Positions 21,601 to 32,786 of a stretch of DNA of 64,000 bases are shown piece after piece. Source of the DNA: Candidatus Velthaea sp. (lineage in GTDB: Bacteria; Vulcanimicrobiota; Vulcanimicrobiia; Vulcanimicrobiales; Vulcanimicrobiaceae). The translations under genes were made by a program, and so were the position numbers. The DNA is taken from the NCBI GenBank assembly GCA_965214935.1, contig CBDCCS010000022.1, forward strand, positions 1 through 64,000, written 5' to 3'. Numbering within the stretch: position 1 is the stretch's first letter; each line of letters starts with the position of its first letter. Under the pieces are notes generated by a model. That model saw nothing but the letters and a program-made list of their open reading frames with translations, was not told the origin of the DNA and searched no databases.

Positions 21601-23031
21601 ATGGCTGCCGACTTCATCGAGTCCGATCTGCCGTTTCGCCTCGACCGCCTACCTTGGAGCCGTTGGCACTCGACGGTCGTGATCGGACTCGGCATCACCT
21701 GGATTCTCGACGGTCTCGAAGTCACGATCGTCGGCAACATCGCGCCGACGCTCAAATCAATTCGCGGCCTTGGTTTAAGCGACGTACAATTCACGGCTGC
21801 CGCCAGCGCCTATCTTGTCGGTGCTGCGCTCGGCGCGCTCGTGTTCGGCTACCTGACCGATCTGCTCGGACGCAAGCGGCTTTTTCTCGTTACGCTCAGT
21901 TGGTATCTGCTCGTCACGCTGGCAACCGCATTCGCCTGGGACTTCACGAGTTTTCTAATTTTGCGGACGCTGACCGGTTTCGGTCTGGGCGGTGAATACG
22001 CGGCGATCAACTCCGCCATCGACGAACTCATTCCGTCGAATCGGCGCGGTGCCGTCGATCTCGGCATCAACGCGACGTGGTGGCTCGGCACGATCGTCGG
22101 CAGCCTCGGAACGCTCGTGCTGCTCGACCCGCACATCGTCGATCAGCGCTATGGCTGGCGCATCGCCTTCGGCATGGGCGCGGTGCTTGCCGCTGCGGTG
22201 CTGTTCGTGCGTAAAACGGTGCCCGAAAGTCCGCGCTGGCTGCTGACGCACGGGCACGCAGCGGCCGCGGCGACGGTCGTCGACACGATCGAACAGCGGA
22301 TCCAAGCCCAGACGCGTATGGCGCTGCCGCCCGTGCCGGCGCGCAAGCTGACCATCGATCCCGCTCATCGTGCAACGCTCGGAGCCGTACTAACGACGAT
22401 GCTCACGACATATCGCAGACGCTCGCTCGTTGCACTGACACTGATGTGCACGCAAGCATTCATCTACAACGCATTCACGTTCACCCAAGGGCTCGTTCTC
22501 GGCACGTTCATGCATGTTGCCGACGGTGCAATTCCACTCTATTATCTCGCGTTCGCTGCCGGTAATCTTGCCGGGCCGCTGGTTCTCGGGCGCTATTTCG
22601 ATACGATCGGTCGACGGAAGATGATTGGCGGAACCTACATCGTCGCGGGGCTGCTGCTGCTGGCGACGGCACTGCTGTTCGCGCGTGGGACGCTCGACGC
22701 ACTGACCATCACGGCATGCTGGACGGCGGTCTTCTTCTTCGCATCGGCCGGCGCAAGTGCAGCGTATCTCACGGCGAGCGAAGTGTTTCCGCTCGAAGCG
22801 CGCGCGCTTGCGATCGCCATCGTGTATGCAGTCGGAACGCTCGTCGGCGGCGCGGTCGCGCCGGCTTTTTTCGGTACGCTCATCGCTTCGCACGATTTGT
22901 TGCGCGTCTGCTACGGCTACGTGTTTTCGGCCGGCCTGATGATCTTCGGCGGCACGGTTCAGGCAGTGTTCGGTGTCGATGCGGAAGGCAAAAGTCTCGA
23001 AGATGTTGCGGCGCCGCTCTCGGCTCGTTAG
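21601..23031 (+). CDS. MFS transporter
   Basis: About 12 TM segments, DLLGRKR, GGEYAAINSAIDELIP, PESPRWL. Confidence 0.93.
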   Translation: MAADFIESDLPFRLDRLPWSRWHSTVVIGLGITWILDGLEVTIVGNIAPTLKSIRGLGLSDVQFTAAASAYLVGAALGALVFGYLTDLLGRKRLFLVTLSWYLLVTLATAFAWDFTSFLILRTLTGFGLGGEYAAINSAIDELIPSNRRGAVDLGINATWWLGTIVGSLGTLVLLDPHIVDQRYGWRIAFGMGAVLAAAVLFVRKTVPESPRWLLTHGHAAAAATVVDTIEQRIQAQTRMALPPVPARKLTIDPAHRATLGAVLTTMLTTYRRRSLVALTLMCTQAFIYNAFTFTQGLVLGTFMHVADGAIPLYYLAFAAGNLAGPLVLGRYFDTIGRRKMIGGTYIVAGLLLLATALLFARGTLDALTITACWTAVFFFASAGASAAYLTASEVFPLEARALAIAIVYAVGTLVGGAVAPAFFGTLIASHDLLRVCYGYVFSAGLMIFGGTVQAVFGVDAEGKSLEDVAAPLSAR

Positions 23032-23200
23032 TACCGGTGCCAAAGTCGGCCTGCGGTAATGAGCGTCATTTTATCGACCGCCTCGCGGACAACTTCACCA
23101 GCGTTGCGCGAGTTATGCAGCCTGACAAACATGGCGCAGACGCGCCTCTCCAGGCTGCACGTAGTAAGAAAGTATCGACGTAACTTTACATGACTTCCGA

Positions 23201-24298
23201 ATCAGCGACATTCTCTTCACCCCCGTTAAGCTCGGCGGTCTCACGCTCGCCAATCGCATCGTAATGGCGCCGCTGACCCGCAATCGTGCAACGCACGGCA
23301 CCGATGTGCCGCACGATCTCAACGCCGTGTATTACGCGCAGCGCGCCGACGCTGGTTTAATCATCGCTGAAGCCACGCAGATTTCGCCGAGCGGCAAAGG
23401 CTATGCATTTACGCCGGGCATTTACTCGGCCGATCAAGTTGCCGGCTGGCGTCTCGTCACGAATGCGGTGCACGCGCACGACGGCAAGATCTTCTTGCAG
23501 CTGTGGCATGTCGGCCGCTTTTCGCATCCGGCATTGCAACCCGGCGGGCAACTGCCGGTCGCGCCGTCGGCCATCGCCCCGAGCGGCCAAAAAACGTTTA
23601 TCGAAAGCGGTGAGTTCGTCGAAGTCGGCACGCCGCGCGCGCTCGATCTCGCGGATATCCCGGCGATCGTCGAAGACTTCCGGACCGCTACGCGCAACGC
23701 GCTTGAAGCCGGCTTCGACGGCGTCGAGATTCATGCCGCAAACGGCTATCTGATCGATCAATTTCTGCGCGATGGCTCGAATCAGCGTACCGACGCGTAC
23801 GGCGGCACGGTTGAAAATCGGCTGCGCTTTGCCAAAGAAGTTATAGCTGCGGTCAGCGAGATCGCCGGACCCGAGCGTACCGGCATCCGCATTTCGCCCG
23901 TCAGTCCGGCGTCCGGCGCCGCCGACAGCGATCCGGCAGCGGTCTTTTTCCCGCTCGTCGACGCAATCGATGCAGCGCGCCTGGTCTACGTCCACGTGGT
24001 CGAAGGTGCGACGGCCGGACCGCGCGATTATGCGCCGTTCGACTTTGCGGCATTGCGCCGGCGCTTCCGCGGCAGCTGGATGGTCAACAACGGTTACACG
24101 CGCGAAATGGCGATCGACGCGCTCGCCGGCGGTTATGCCGATTTGGTTGCCTTCGGCCGTCCGTACATTGCAAACCCCGATCTCGTGGGACGCCTGCGCC
24201 GTAACGCGCCGCTCGCGCAACTCGATGAAGAGCATCTCTACGGCGGCGACGCGCAAGGGTACACCGATTACCCGACGCTTCAAGCTGCTAACGCTTAA
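23201..24298 (+). CDS. Old yellow enzyme / alkene reductase (NemA-like); start uncertain
   Basis: LFTPVKLG..LANRIVMAPLTR, QLWHVGR, EIHAANGYL, GRPYIANPDL, GYTDYP. Confidence 0.93.
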   Translation: MSDILFTPVKLGGLTLANRIVMAPLTRNRATHGTDVPHDLNAVYYAQRADAGLIIAEATQISPSGKGYAFTPGIYSADQVAGWRLVTNAVHAHDGKIFLQLWHVGRFSHPALQPGGQLPVAPSAIAPSGQKTFIESGEFVEVGTPRALDLADIPAIVEDFRTATRNALEAGFDGVEIHAANGYLIDQFLRDGSNQRTDAYGGTVENRLRFAKEVIAAVSEIAGPERTGIRISPVSPASGAADSDPAAVFFPLVDAIDAARLVYVHVVEGATAGPRDYAPFDFAALRRRFRGSWMVNNGYTREMAIDALAGGYADLVAFGRPYIANPDLVGRLRRNAPLAQLDEEHLYGGDAQGYTDYPTLQAANA

Positions 24299-24386
24299 GC
24301 ACGAAAGGTACGGCGGTCGGTAGCGGCCGCCGATACGGTTACCCGCCGCCGGTTTTTCGGCAAATACCGCGAACGCCGCGAGCAGC

Positions 24387-24776
24387 ATGCAGCAAGCCTA
24401 CGCAATTGCGGCCGTTGCCGCCGGCGGTGCTCTCGGTTCGAGTTTGCGCTATGTTGTTTCGCGCTGGTTCATCGAACGGACCGGCAGCGCATTTCCGTGG
24501 GGCACCTTCGTCATCAACGTGAGCGGGTCGTTCGCGATCGGCATCGTGCTGCAACTCGCGCTCGCACGCAGCGGCATGAATCCCTACGTTCGGCTCTTTT
24601 TGGCCACCGGCATCCTCGGCGGCTACACGACGTTCTCGACCTACGCATATGAGATCGTCGCATTAGGCGGCGCGGCCCAATTTTTACCGGCCGCCGGGTA
24701 TGCAATCGGCAGTGTCGTTGCCGGGATCGGGGCGGCGTACATCGGCATGTCCGTCGTTCGGTTATTCGCAGCCTAA
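24387..24776 (+). CDS. crcB: Fluoride channel CrcB/FluC
   Basis: GGALGSSLRY, FPWGT..IN, GGYTTFST. Confidence 0.96.
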   Translation: MQQAYAIAAVAAGGALGSSLRYVVSRWFIERTGSAFPWGTFVINVSGSFAIGIVLQLALARSGMNPYVRLFLATGILGGYTTFSTYAYEIVALGGAAQFLPAAGYAIGSVVAGIGAAYIGMSVVRLFAA

Positions 24777-24824
24777 GCTCGAAATATTGCGGCGAAGGGC
24801 GGCCGGTGCAGCGTGGCCGTTGCG

Positions 24825-25952
24825 TTACGCGGATCGCGTCAGGTCCGCAATGCGTCGCAGGCCTTCGCGGAACGCTGCCGGAGGGGCGACGAAACTCAGG
24901 CGTAGCCAGCCTTCGAGGCTTGCGCCGAAGATACGGCCCGGTATTGCGATGACGCCATGCCGCTCGACCAGCGCATACGCGGCGCACAGCGAATCGCTGC
25001 CGGCGCGCAACTGCACGCATGTATAAAACGCACCGTCCGGCTCGATGAACGGCAGTCCGGCTTCGTTCAAAGCCGTAAGCGCGGCGTTCCGCTGCGTGGT
25101 GTACCAGGCCGCCTGTTCGGTTAGCGCGCCGGGCTCGCCGAAGATTTCATACGCCACTCGCTGAGCGAACGCACTTGCCGTCGAAGTAACCCAGGCATGT
25201 GTCTGAACGATCGCTTCGATTGCGGGCGACGGCGCGATTGCCCAGCCGATCCGCAACCCGGTCAACGCATTCGACTTCGAGAGCGAGTTGGTCACGATCG
25301 TGTACGGATAAACGGCGGCGCAGTAACCGGCATCGTCGACAAAGCTAAGTTCGCGATAGATTTCGTCGTGCAGCAGCCAGACCGGCGCGCCGCCCCGCGC
25401 TTGCAGTCCGTCCGCGAGCCGCCGTGCATCGGTTCGGCTAATCACGCGGCCGGTCGGGTTTGCCGGCGAAGCGATGACGATGAGCCGGGTCGCCGGGCCG
25501 ACGGCGGCAAGTATCGCATCGGCGTCGTAACGGAAGCCGTTCAGCGCATCGAGCATGACCGTGCGGGTGGCGATCCCCTCGAGCTGCGCCATCTTTCGAT
25601 AGGCCGGAAACGCCGGTTCGACGACGAGCAGTTCGTCGGCGGCCGGATCGAGCAGAGCTTTGATCGTCACGTAGACGGCCTCTTGCGAGCCGGTCGTCAT
25701 ACAAACGTTGGTCGCGCCGGCCATGCCCGGATACGCATAGTGCGCTGCGATCCGCTCACGCGTTGCCAGGTCGCCGGCATTGAGCGTGTATTTGACCCCG
25801 CGTTCGCCGGCCCAGCGCGTCGCCGCTTCGAGGAAGCGCTGCTGCGGCATCAACGTCGGCTCGCCCAGACCCAAATCGATTGAATCGGCAGTTTTCATTG
25901 CGGCAAGCGCCCGAATAACGGACGGTTCGATCGCTGCCAGGCGCGGATTCAC
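24825..25952 (-). CDS. PLP-dependent aminotransferase class I/II (possibly DapC, from its position after dapD)
   Basis: PANPTG, DEIY, SLSKSNALTGLRIG. Confidence 0.9.
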   Translation of the reverse strand: MNPRLAAIEPSVIRALAAMKTADSIDLGLGEPTLMPQQRFLEAATRWAGERGVKYTLNAGDLATRERIAAHYAYPGMAGATNVCMTTGSQEAVYVTIKALLDPAADELLVVEPAFPAYRKMAQLEGIATRTVMLDALNGFRYDADAILAAVGPATRLIVIASPANPTGRVISRTDARRLADGLQARGGAPVWLLHDEIYRELSFVDDAGYCAAVYPYTIVTNSLSKSNALTGLRIGWAIAPSPAIEAIVQTHAWVTSTASAFAQRVAYEIFGEPGALTEQAAWYTTQRNAALTALNEAGLPFIEPDGAFYTCVQLRAGSDSLCAAYALVERHGVIAIPGRIFGASLEGWLRLSFVAPPAAFREGLRRIADLTRSA

Positions 25953-25958
25953 GCGCGC

Positions 25959-26792
25959 TTAGACGGCAAGTTCGTAGTCGCGCAAAGCAGCGGTCAGCGA
26001 GGTTTTTTTATCGGTTGATTCCGTGCGCGTGCCGATGACGAGCGCGCATGGAACGCCGTATTCGCCGGCCGCAAAGCGCTTGGGAATGGTGCCGGGAATA
26101 ACGACGCTGCGCGCGGCAATGCGGCCCTTGGAGTGAATCGGGTCGGCACCGCGCACGTCGACGATCGGCGTCGACGCCGTCAGCACGACTCCGGCACCCA
26201 ACACAGCTTCGCGTTCGACGTGCACGCCCTCTACGACGATGCAGCGCGAGCCGAGAAAGCTGCCGTCTTCGACGATCACCGGCTGCGCCTGCGCGGGCTC
26301 GAGCACGCCGCCGATGCCGACACCGCCCGAAAGGTGAACGTTTTTGCCGATCTGCGCGCACGAACCGACCGTCGCCCACGTATCGACCATCGTTCCGGCG
26401 TCGACGTACGCCCCGATGTTGACGAAGCCCGGCATGAGAATCGTATTGCGGCCCAAGAACGCACCGTAACGCGCGATTCCGCCCGGAACGCAGCGCGCGC
26501 CGGCAGCAGCAAAATTCCGTTTGGTCGGCAGTTTATCGTAATATGTCGGACCGTCTTTGCGATGTTTGCCGACGTTGATGGTAACGGAATCGAGCCGGGC
26601 GAAATACAGCAGTATCGCCTGTTTGATCCAAGCATGCGTCACCCAGGCGCCGTCGACCGGCTCGCATACGCGCAGCTCTCCGCGATCGAGCAACGCGATC
26701 ACGCGATCGACGGCCTTACCGCGCTTTTTACGGACCTCGCCGGGCCGCTCAACGAGCTCTGCAATCGCAGCTTCGAGTGCGCTAACATCCAT
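25959..26792 (-). CDS. dapD: Tetrahydrodipicolinate N-succinyltransferase
   Basis: WIKQAILLYF, MVDTWATVGSCAQIG, GGVLEP. Confidence 0.96.
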   Translation of the reverse strand: MDVSALEAAIAELVERPGEVRKKRGKAVDRVIALLDRGELRVCEPVDGAWVTHAWIKQAILLYFARLDSVTINVGKHRKDGPTYYDKLPTKRNFAAAGARCVPGGIARYGAFLGRNTILMPGFVNIGAYVDAGTMVDTWATVGSCAQIGKNVHLSGGVGIGGVLEPAQAQPVIVEDGSFLGSRCIVVEGVHVEREAVLGAGVVLTASTPIVDVRGADPIHSKGRIAARSVVIPGTIPKRFAAGEYGVPCALVIGTRTESTDKKTSLTAALRDYELAV

Positions 26793-26926
26793 GCAATTGT
26801 TAGCCTTTCGTAAGCTCGGCAAATGCATCCCGCGAGCAAATGGGTATTGGGAAGAAAGCAGCGTCAAGAGGCGAAGGTCAACGACTGACGTACACGAGCG
26901 CGGCACCGCCCGCACATGGGAGTTCT

Positions 26927-28915
26927 ATGGCGAACACAGCAGCCGACGAAGCACGCATAAACGCAATCCGCTTCCTCGCCGTGGACGGCGTTCAGAAAGC
27001 AAATTCCGGCCATCCGGGATTACCGCTCGGCGCCGCTGCAATGACATATGCGCTATGGGAACGGCATCTGCGTTTCGATCCGGCCGATCCGCAGTGGTTC
27101 AATCGCGACCGCTTCGTGTTGAGTGCCGGTCACGGCTCGATGCTGTTGTACGCGATGCTGTATCTGTACGGCTATGAAATGACGCTCGATGACTTAAAGT
27201 CGTTCCGGCAATTAGGCAGTAAAACGCCGGGTCACCCCGAGTATTTTCACACGCCTGGTATCGAGGTAACGACCGGGCCGCTCGGTCAAGGTTTTGCCAA
27301 TGCCGTGGGCATTGCGATTGCCGAAGCGCACCTTGCGGCGACGTATAATAAAGCCGAATCGATCGTCGATCATTATACCTACGTGCTCGTCGGTGACGGC
27401 GATCTCATGGAAGGCGTTGCTTCGGAGGCAGCGTCGCTGGCCGGCCATCTGGAACTCGGTAAACTTATCGCGCTGTACGACGACAATAAGATTTCGCTGG
27501 CCGGCAATACCGAGATTACCTTCACCGAAGACGTGCAGCAACGCTTTGAGTCGTACGGCTGGCACACGCAATTCGTCGGTACGGAATTCGCAAACGACGT
27601 CGACGCAATCGATAATGCGATCCGCGCCGCGCAAGCCGTTACCAATAAGCCGTCGCTCATTCTGGTCCGCACGACCATCGGTTACGGATCGCCCAGGGCC
27701 AACACGTTCGGCGCGCATGGCGAACCGCTGGGTGCCGACAACGTCAAGAAAACAAAAGAAGCTTTAGGTTGGCCGGTCGAGCCGACGTTCTACGTGCCGC
27801 CCGAAGCAGCCGCAATCGCGCCGGCAGCGAAGCAGCGCGGTGCGCAGCTCAAAGCGGATTGGGAGCAACTCTTTGCCGGCTGGAAAGCCGCGAACGCCGA
27901 ACTTGCGGCGCAATTCGAGCGCGCTCGCGACGGCAAATTGCCCGATATCGCGTGGCCGAACTTCAGCGCCGAAAACGGCAGCGTAGCAACGCGCGAAGCG
28001 GGCGGAACGGTGATGAATGCCATTGCCAAGAGCCTGCCGGAGCTCGTGGGCGGGTCGGCCGATCTCGATCCGTCGACCAAAACGTATCTCAAAGACGGCG
28101 GCGACTTTCAGCCCGGCTCGTATGCCGGCCGTAACATTCATTTCGGCGTGCGCGAACATGCAATGGCCGGAGCGCTCAACGGCATCGCGTTACATGGCGG
28201 ACTGCTGCCGTTTTGCGCGACTTTCTTCAACTTTGCCGATTACCTGAAACCGTCACTGCGGCTGGGCTGCATCAACAAGATTCGCTCGATCTACGTCTTT
28301 ACGCACGATTCGGTCTTCCTCGGCGAAGACGGGCCGACGCATCAGCCGATCGAACAGCTGGCGATGCTGCGCGCAACGCCGAATTGCGTCGTCGTACGGC
28401 CGGCCGACGCGCTCGAGACGCTCGAGGCGTGGAAACTCATGATCCAACCGAAAACCGGTCCCTGGGCGTTGATTCTATCGCGCCAGAAACTGCCGTTCTT
28501 GGGCGAGCGCGATGCAGCGGTTTCGAAGGGTGGCTACGTGCTGCTCGATAGCGACGGAACGCCCGACGTTATTCTCATAGCGACGGGTTCCGAAGTTTCA
28601 TTGGCTGTCGATGCCGCGAAAGTACTCGCCGCCAAAGGAACCAAATCGCGCGTCGTGTCGCTGCCGTGCTGGTCGCTCTTCGAGGCTCAGGATCAAGCTT
28701 ATCGCGATAGCGTCTTGCCGCCCGACGTCAGAGCGCGCGTCTCAATTGAAGCCGGCACCACGATGGGCTGGTCGTACTATATCGGCGACCGCGGCGTCGC
28801 GATCGGCCTCGATCACTTCGGTACCTCGGCACCGGCGCCGGTCATTGCAAAAGAATATGGTTTTACTCCCGAGCATGTCGCCGACGTTGCCGCCGGCTTA
28901 CTTTCAAGCGTCTAA
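26927..28915 (+). CDS. tkt: Transketolase
   Basis: [30 protein letters not shown]. Confidence 0.98.
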   Translation: MANTAADEARINAIRFLAVDGVQKANSGHPGLPLGAAAMTYALWERHLRFDPADPQWFNRDRFVLSAGHGSMLLYAMLYLYGYEMTLDDLKSFRQLGSKTPGHPEYFHTPGIEVTTGPLGQGFANAVGIAIAEAHLAATYNKAESIVDHYTYVLVGDGDLMEGVASEAASLAGHLELGKLIALYDDNKISLAGNTEITFTEDVQQRFESYGWHTQFVGTEFANDVDAIDNAIRAAQAVTNKPSLILVRTTIGYGSPRANTFGAHGEPLGADNVKKTKEALGWPVEPTFYVPPEAAAIAPAAKQRGAQLKADWEQLFAGWKAANAELAAQFERARDGKLPDIAWPNFSAENGSVATREAGGTVMNAIAKSLPELVGGSADLDPSTKTYLKDGGDFQPGSYAGRNIHFGVREHAMAGALNGIALHGGLLPFCATFFNFADYLKPSLRLGCINKIRSIYVFTHDSVFLGEDGPTHQPIEQLAMLRATPNCVVVRPADALETLEAWKLMIQPKTGPWALILSRQKLPFLGERDAAVSKGGYVLLDSDGTPDVILIATGSEVSLAVDAAKVLAAKGTKSRVVSLPCWSLFEAQDQAYRDSVLPPDVRARVSIEAGTTMGWSYYIGDRGVAIGLDHFGTSAPAPVIAKEYGFTPEHVADVAAGLLSSV

Positions 28916-28945
28916 ACAAGCGTCTAAAACGAGAGGATAAGCAGT

Positions 28946-30094
28946 ATGGCTACGCAGATGCAGCAACTCACGGAGTTCGGCCAAAGCATTTGGCTCGATA
29001 ACATTCGCCGTTCGATGTTTGCTTCGGGCGAACTCAAGAGCCTTATCGATCGAGGCTTGCGCGGAATGACGTCCAACCCGACCATCTTCGAGAAAGCCAT
29101 CGGCGCCGGCAATTTTTACGACGAACAACTCGGATCGCTTATCGGCAAAGAGACCGATCCGACGGCGCTGTTCGAGGCACTCGCGATCCAAGATATCCGC
29201 AACGCCTGCGATGCGTTTTCCGGGCTATTCGAATCGTCGCACGGCGCCGACGGCTTTGTTTCACTCGAAGTATCGCCGGCCTTGGCAAACGATACGCAAG
29301 CCACGATCGACGCCGCGGCGCGGCTGTGGAAAGCCGTCGATCGTCCGAACGTCATGATCAAGATTCCCGGAACGGAGGCGTGCGTGCCGGCGATTCGCGC
29401 GACGATCGCGGCCGGTATCAACGTCAACGTGACGTTGCTGTTTTCCGTCGACGCCTACGAAGCCGCCGCGCAAGCGTACATCGACGGGATCAACGATCGG
29501 ATTGCCAAGGGCGAACCGGTCGATAAGATCGCGTCGGTCGCATCGGTCTTCATTTCGCGCATCGATTCGGCTGTTGATAAACTGCTTGAGGCCAAGATAA
29601 AAGCCGGCGATACCGGGCTGAGCGCATTGATCGGTAAAGCCGGTATTGCAAATACGAAGATCATTTACCAGCGGTTTTCAGCGCTGTTTGCCGGCGCCGA
29701 CTTCGAGCAGGCCCGCAGCAGCGAAGGCGCTCACGTTCAACGTCCGCTCTGGGCATCGACAGGAACCAAGAATCCGGCGTTCAGCGACCTGATGTACGTT
29801 GAAGGACTCGTCGCCAAAGACACCGTTAACACGGTCCCGCCGGCGACGTTGGACGCGTTGCTCGACCATGGACACGTTACGGCCGACACCGGGATTGCCG
29901 ACCTAGACGGCGCGCAGGCAACGCTCGATGCGTTGGCAGCCGCGGGTATCTCGCTGCACGACGTAACGGCGACACTGGTGATCGACGGCGTAAGATCGTT
30001 TGCCGATTCATTCGATGCGATGCTCGAGGCGATTGCCGGGAAGCAACAAACGCTCGCGCAGAGTGCGCAACAGGAAGTTGCCGCCGCGCGCTGA
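28946..30094 (+). CDS. tal: Transaldolase
   Basis: QSIWLDNI, TSNPTIF, VSLEVSP, KIPGT, RPLWASTGTK. Confidence 0.97.
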   Translation: MATQMQQLTEFGQSIWLDNIRRSMFASGELKSLIDRGLRGMTSNPTIFEKAIGAGNFYDEQLGSLIGKETDPTALFEALAIQDIRNACDAFSGLFESSHGADGFVSLEVSPALANDTQATIDAAARLWKAVDRPNVMIKIPGTEACVPAIRATIAAGINVNVTLLFSVDAYEAAAQAYIDGINDRIAKGEPVDKIASVASVFISRIDSAVDKLLEAKIKAGDTGLSALIGKAGIANTKIIYQRFSALFAGADFEQARSSEGAHVQRPLWASTGTKNPAFSDLMYVEGLVAKDTVNTVPPATLDALLDHGHVTADTGIADLDGAQATLDALAAAGISLHDVTATLVIDGVRSFADSFDAMLEAIAGKQQTLAQSAQQEVAAAR

Positions 30095-30289
30095 GGCGAC
30101 GCGTTAAAACCTCGTAACGTCAGGCAAAAGGACAACGTGAATCGCGGCGTTGTGGCGCATACTGCACCACGCCGCGATTCGTTCGCAGCCGGTACCTACC
30201 GACCTAATCTGCAGGGGCTCTACGGTCGGGGAGCTCCATCTACGCGGGGGGCGCCGAGCGGAGCGAGGCGCCTATAAACGGTCTTATAC

Positions 30290-31213
30290 GTGCAACTCGG
30301 AATGATCGGTCTCGGGCGCATGGGCGCGAACATGGTAGCACGCTTACTTCGCGGCGGCGATACCGGCGATAAGCATGCCGTCGTCGTTTACGACCGTAGT
30401 CCGGATGCGATCCGCGCGTCGGTTGCCGAGGGCGCTCAAGGCGCATCGGATTTAGCCGACCTCATCGGTCAGCTTTCCGCGCCGCGAGCCGTGTGGATCA
30501 TGGTTCCGGCCGGCGCACCCACCGAAGCGACGATCGATGAGCTGCTGACCCACATGTCGCCGGGGGATGTCATCATCGACGGCGGCAACTCGAATTTTCG
30601 GGATTCGCAAGCGCGGGCAAAGAAATGCGCGCAGCGCAACGTCGCATTCGTCGACGCCGGCACTTCGGGCGGCGTCTGGGGCTTGGCGAACGGGTATTGT
30701 CTCATGGTCGGCGGCGACGAAGCTGCCGTGAAGCGAATCGAACCGATCTTTTTGACGCTGGCGCCGAAAGACGGCTACGCGTACGTCGGAGCGAGCGGCG
30801 CCGGACATTTCTCGAAGATGGTCCATAACGGCATCGAGTACGGCATGCTGGCAGCCTACGGTGAGGGATTCGAGATTCTCGAAACGTCCGAATTCAAGTA
30901 CGACCTGCATCGCATGTCCGAACTTTGGCTGCATGGTTCGGTGGTACGCTCGTGGCTGCTCGAGTTGGCCGAACTAGCGTTCCGCGAAGATCCCGAACTT
31001 AGCCGCATTCGCGGCTACGTCGATGATTCGGGCGAAGGTCGCTGGACCGTGCAAGCTGCGATCGATCAAAACGTTCCGGCACCGGTCATCACGATGTCGC
31101 TGCTTTCGCGCTTCGTTTCCCGTCAGGACGAATCGTTCAGCGCCAAAGTCATCGCGGCGCTCCGCAATCAATTCGGCGGCCACGCAATCAAGCCGGAGAC
31201 CGCCGGTGTCTGA
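30290..31213 (+). CDS. gnd: 6-phosphogluconate dehydrogenase, short form
   Basis: GLGRMG, DGGNS, DAGTSGG, KMVHNGIEY, RNQFGGH. Confidence 0.96.
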   Translation: MQLGMIGLGRMGANMVARLLRGGDTGDKHAVVVYDRSPDAIRASVAEGAQGASDLADLIGQLSAPRAVWIMVPAGAPTEATIDELLTHMSPGDVIIDGGNSNFRDSQARAKKCAQRNVAFVDAGTSGGVWGLANGYCLMVGGDEAAVKRIEPIFLTLAPKDGYAYVGASGAGHFSKMVHNGIEYGMLAAYGEGFEILETSEFKYDLHRMSELWLHGSVVRSWLLELAELAFREDPELSRIRGYVDDSGEGRWTVQAAIDQNVPAPVITMSLLSRFVSRQDESFSAKVIAALRNQFGGHAIKPETAGV

Positions 31214-32786
31214 TTCGACCACCGCGACGCTCGCGCGACCGGCACCGGCACCCCGCTCCAACTCGAATCCGCTGCGCGCCGGGATCGACACGAACCGCAT
31301 CCAAGATCCATGCAATATCATTTTTTTCGGCGCCAGCGGCGACTTGATGAAACGCATGCTGATGCCGGCAATCTACAACTTGCGGCTTGAAGACATTCTG
31401 CCGAACGACTTCGGCGTCGTCGGCTTTTCGCGCAGCAGTTATACCGACGATCAATTCCGCGCCGAGATGAAAAAATCTATCGATGATTTCTCGCGCAGCG
31501 GCCCGGCCAAAGATCCGATGTGGAGCGACTTCGAGAAGCGGATCTCGTATATCAGCGGCGACTTCGACGATGTTGCTTGCTTTCACTCACTGCGCGAACA
31601 TCTCGAAAACAACGACAAGACGCTGGGGACCAAATCAAACCGGCTCTTTTACTTGTCGACGCCGCCGTCGTTGTTCTCGCCGATCATCAACATGCTCGAG
31701 CAGTCGGGCCTCGGTCCGCGCGACAATCGCGACGGTTGGACGCGCATCATTATCGAGAAGCCGTTCGGTACCGACCTCGAGTCGGCACGCGCTTTGCAAG
31801 CCGAAGTCGAAAAAGTTTTCATCGAGCGTCAGGTCTATCGCATCGATCACTACCTGGGCAAAGAACCGGTGCAAGATATCATGGCGCTGCGTTTCGCCAA
31901 CGTCATCTTCGAGCCGATTTGGAATCGCCGGTATGTCGACTCGATACAGATAACCGCCGGTGAAACCGTCGGCGTCGAACAGCGCGGCGGCTATTACGAT
32001 AACGCCGGTGCGTTGCGCGACATGATCCAAAATCACGTGTTGAATTTGATGACGCTCGTTGCAATGGAACCGCCCGCTCTGTCCGACTTCGAGGCAATTC
32101 GCGACGAGAAGTTCAAGGTGTTGACCGCCCTGCGCCCGATCGAGCGCAGCCGCGTCTTTCTCGATACGGCGCGCGGCCAGTACGATGCGGGATCGATCGC
32201 CGGGAAACCGGTCCCCGGCTATCGCGAAGAACCCGACGTGTCGCCGGATTCAAATACCGACACGTACGCGGCGATCAAATTTTATATCGATAATTGGCGC
32301 TGGGCCGACGTGCCGTTTTATCTGCGGTCGGGAAAACGCCTAGCACGCAAGGGTTCGGAGATCGCCGTCCGGTTCAAGTCGATTCCGCACCGGCTGTTCG
32401 GCGAGATGGGCGACACGATCGACAACAACGTGCTCGTGATGAAGATTCAACCCGAAGAAGGCATCTCGCTGCGGTTTTCGGCAAAAGTTCCCGGGCCGAA
32501 GATGCACATCCGCGCCGTCTCGATGGACTTTAATTATGGGACCGGCTTCGGCGTCGTATCGCCGCCCGCGTACGAACGGCTTATCGGCGATGCAATGCGC
32601 GGAGATGCGACGCTTTTCACGCGTTGGGATGCGGTAGAAGCGGCGTGGGGTGCTGTCATGCCGGTCATCGAGCGCTGGTCGGAAGTACATGACGAAACGT
32701 TTCCGAATTATGCTGCCGGTGGACAAGGCCCGGCTTCGTCGGAGCGTCTGCTCGCTGCCGACGGTCGCGAATGGAGAAAAATATGA
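31206..32786 (+). CDS. zwf: Glucose-6-phosphate 1-dehydrogenase
   Basis: GASGDL, EKPFG, RIDHYLGKE; GTG start overlapping the gnd end. Confidence 0.97.
   Translation: MSDSTTATLARPAPAPRSNSNPLRAGIDTNRIQDPCNIIFFGASGDLMKRMLMPAIYNLRLEDILPNDFGVVGFSRSSYTDDQFRAEMKKSIDDFSRSGPAKDPMWSDFEKRISYISGDFDDVACFHSLREHLENNDKTLGTKSNRLFYLSTPPSLFSPIINMLEQSGLGPRDNRDGWTRIIIEKPFGTDLESARALQAEVEKVFIERQVYRIDHYLGKEPVQDIMALRFANVIFEPIWNRRYVDSIQITAGETVGVEQRGGYYDNAGALRDMIQNHVLNLMTLVAMEPPALSDFEAIRDEKFKVLTALRPIERSRVFLDTARGQYDAGSIAGKPVPGYREEPDVSPDSNTDTYAAIKFYIDNWRWADVPFYLRSGKRLARKGSEIAVRFKSIPHRLFGEMGDTIDNNVLVMKIQPEEGISLRFSAKVPGPKMHIRAVSMDFNYGTGFGVVSPPAYERLIGDAMRGDATLFTRWDAVEAAWGAVMPVIERWSEVHDETFPNYAAGGQGPASSERLLAADGREWRKI

Noticed and set aside
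24299..24386. Fluoride riboswitch upstream of crcB
   Set aside because: The consensus GGCGATGG...TGATGA..CC elements are not visible; only generic GC-rich hairpins.
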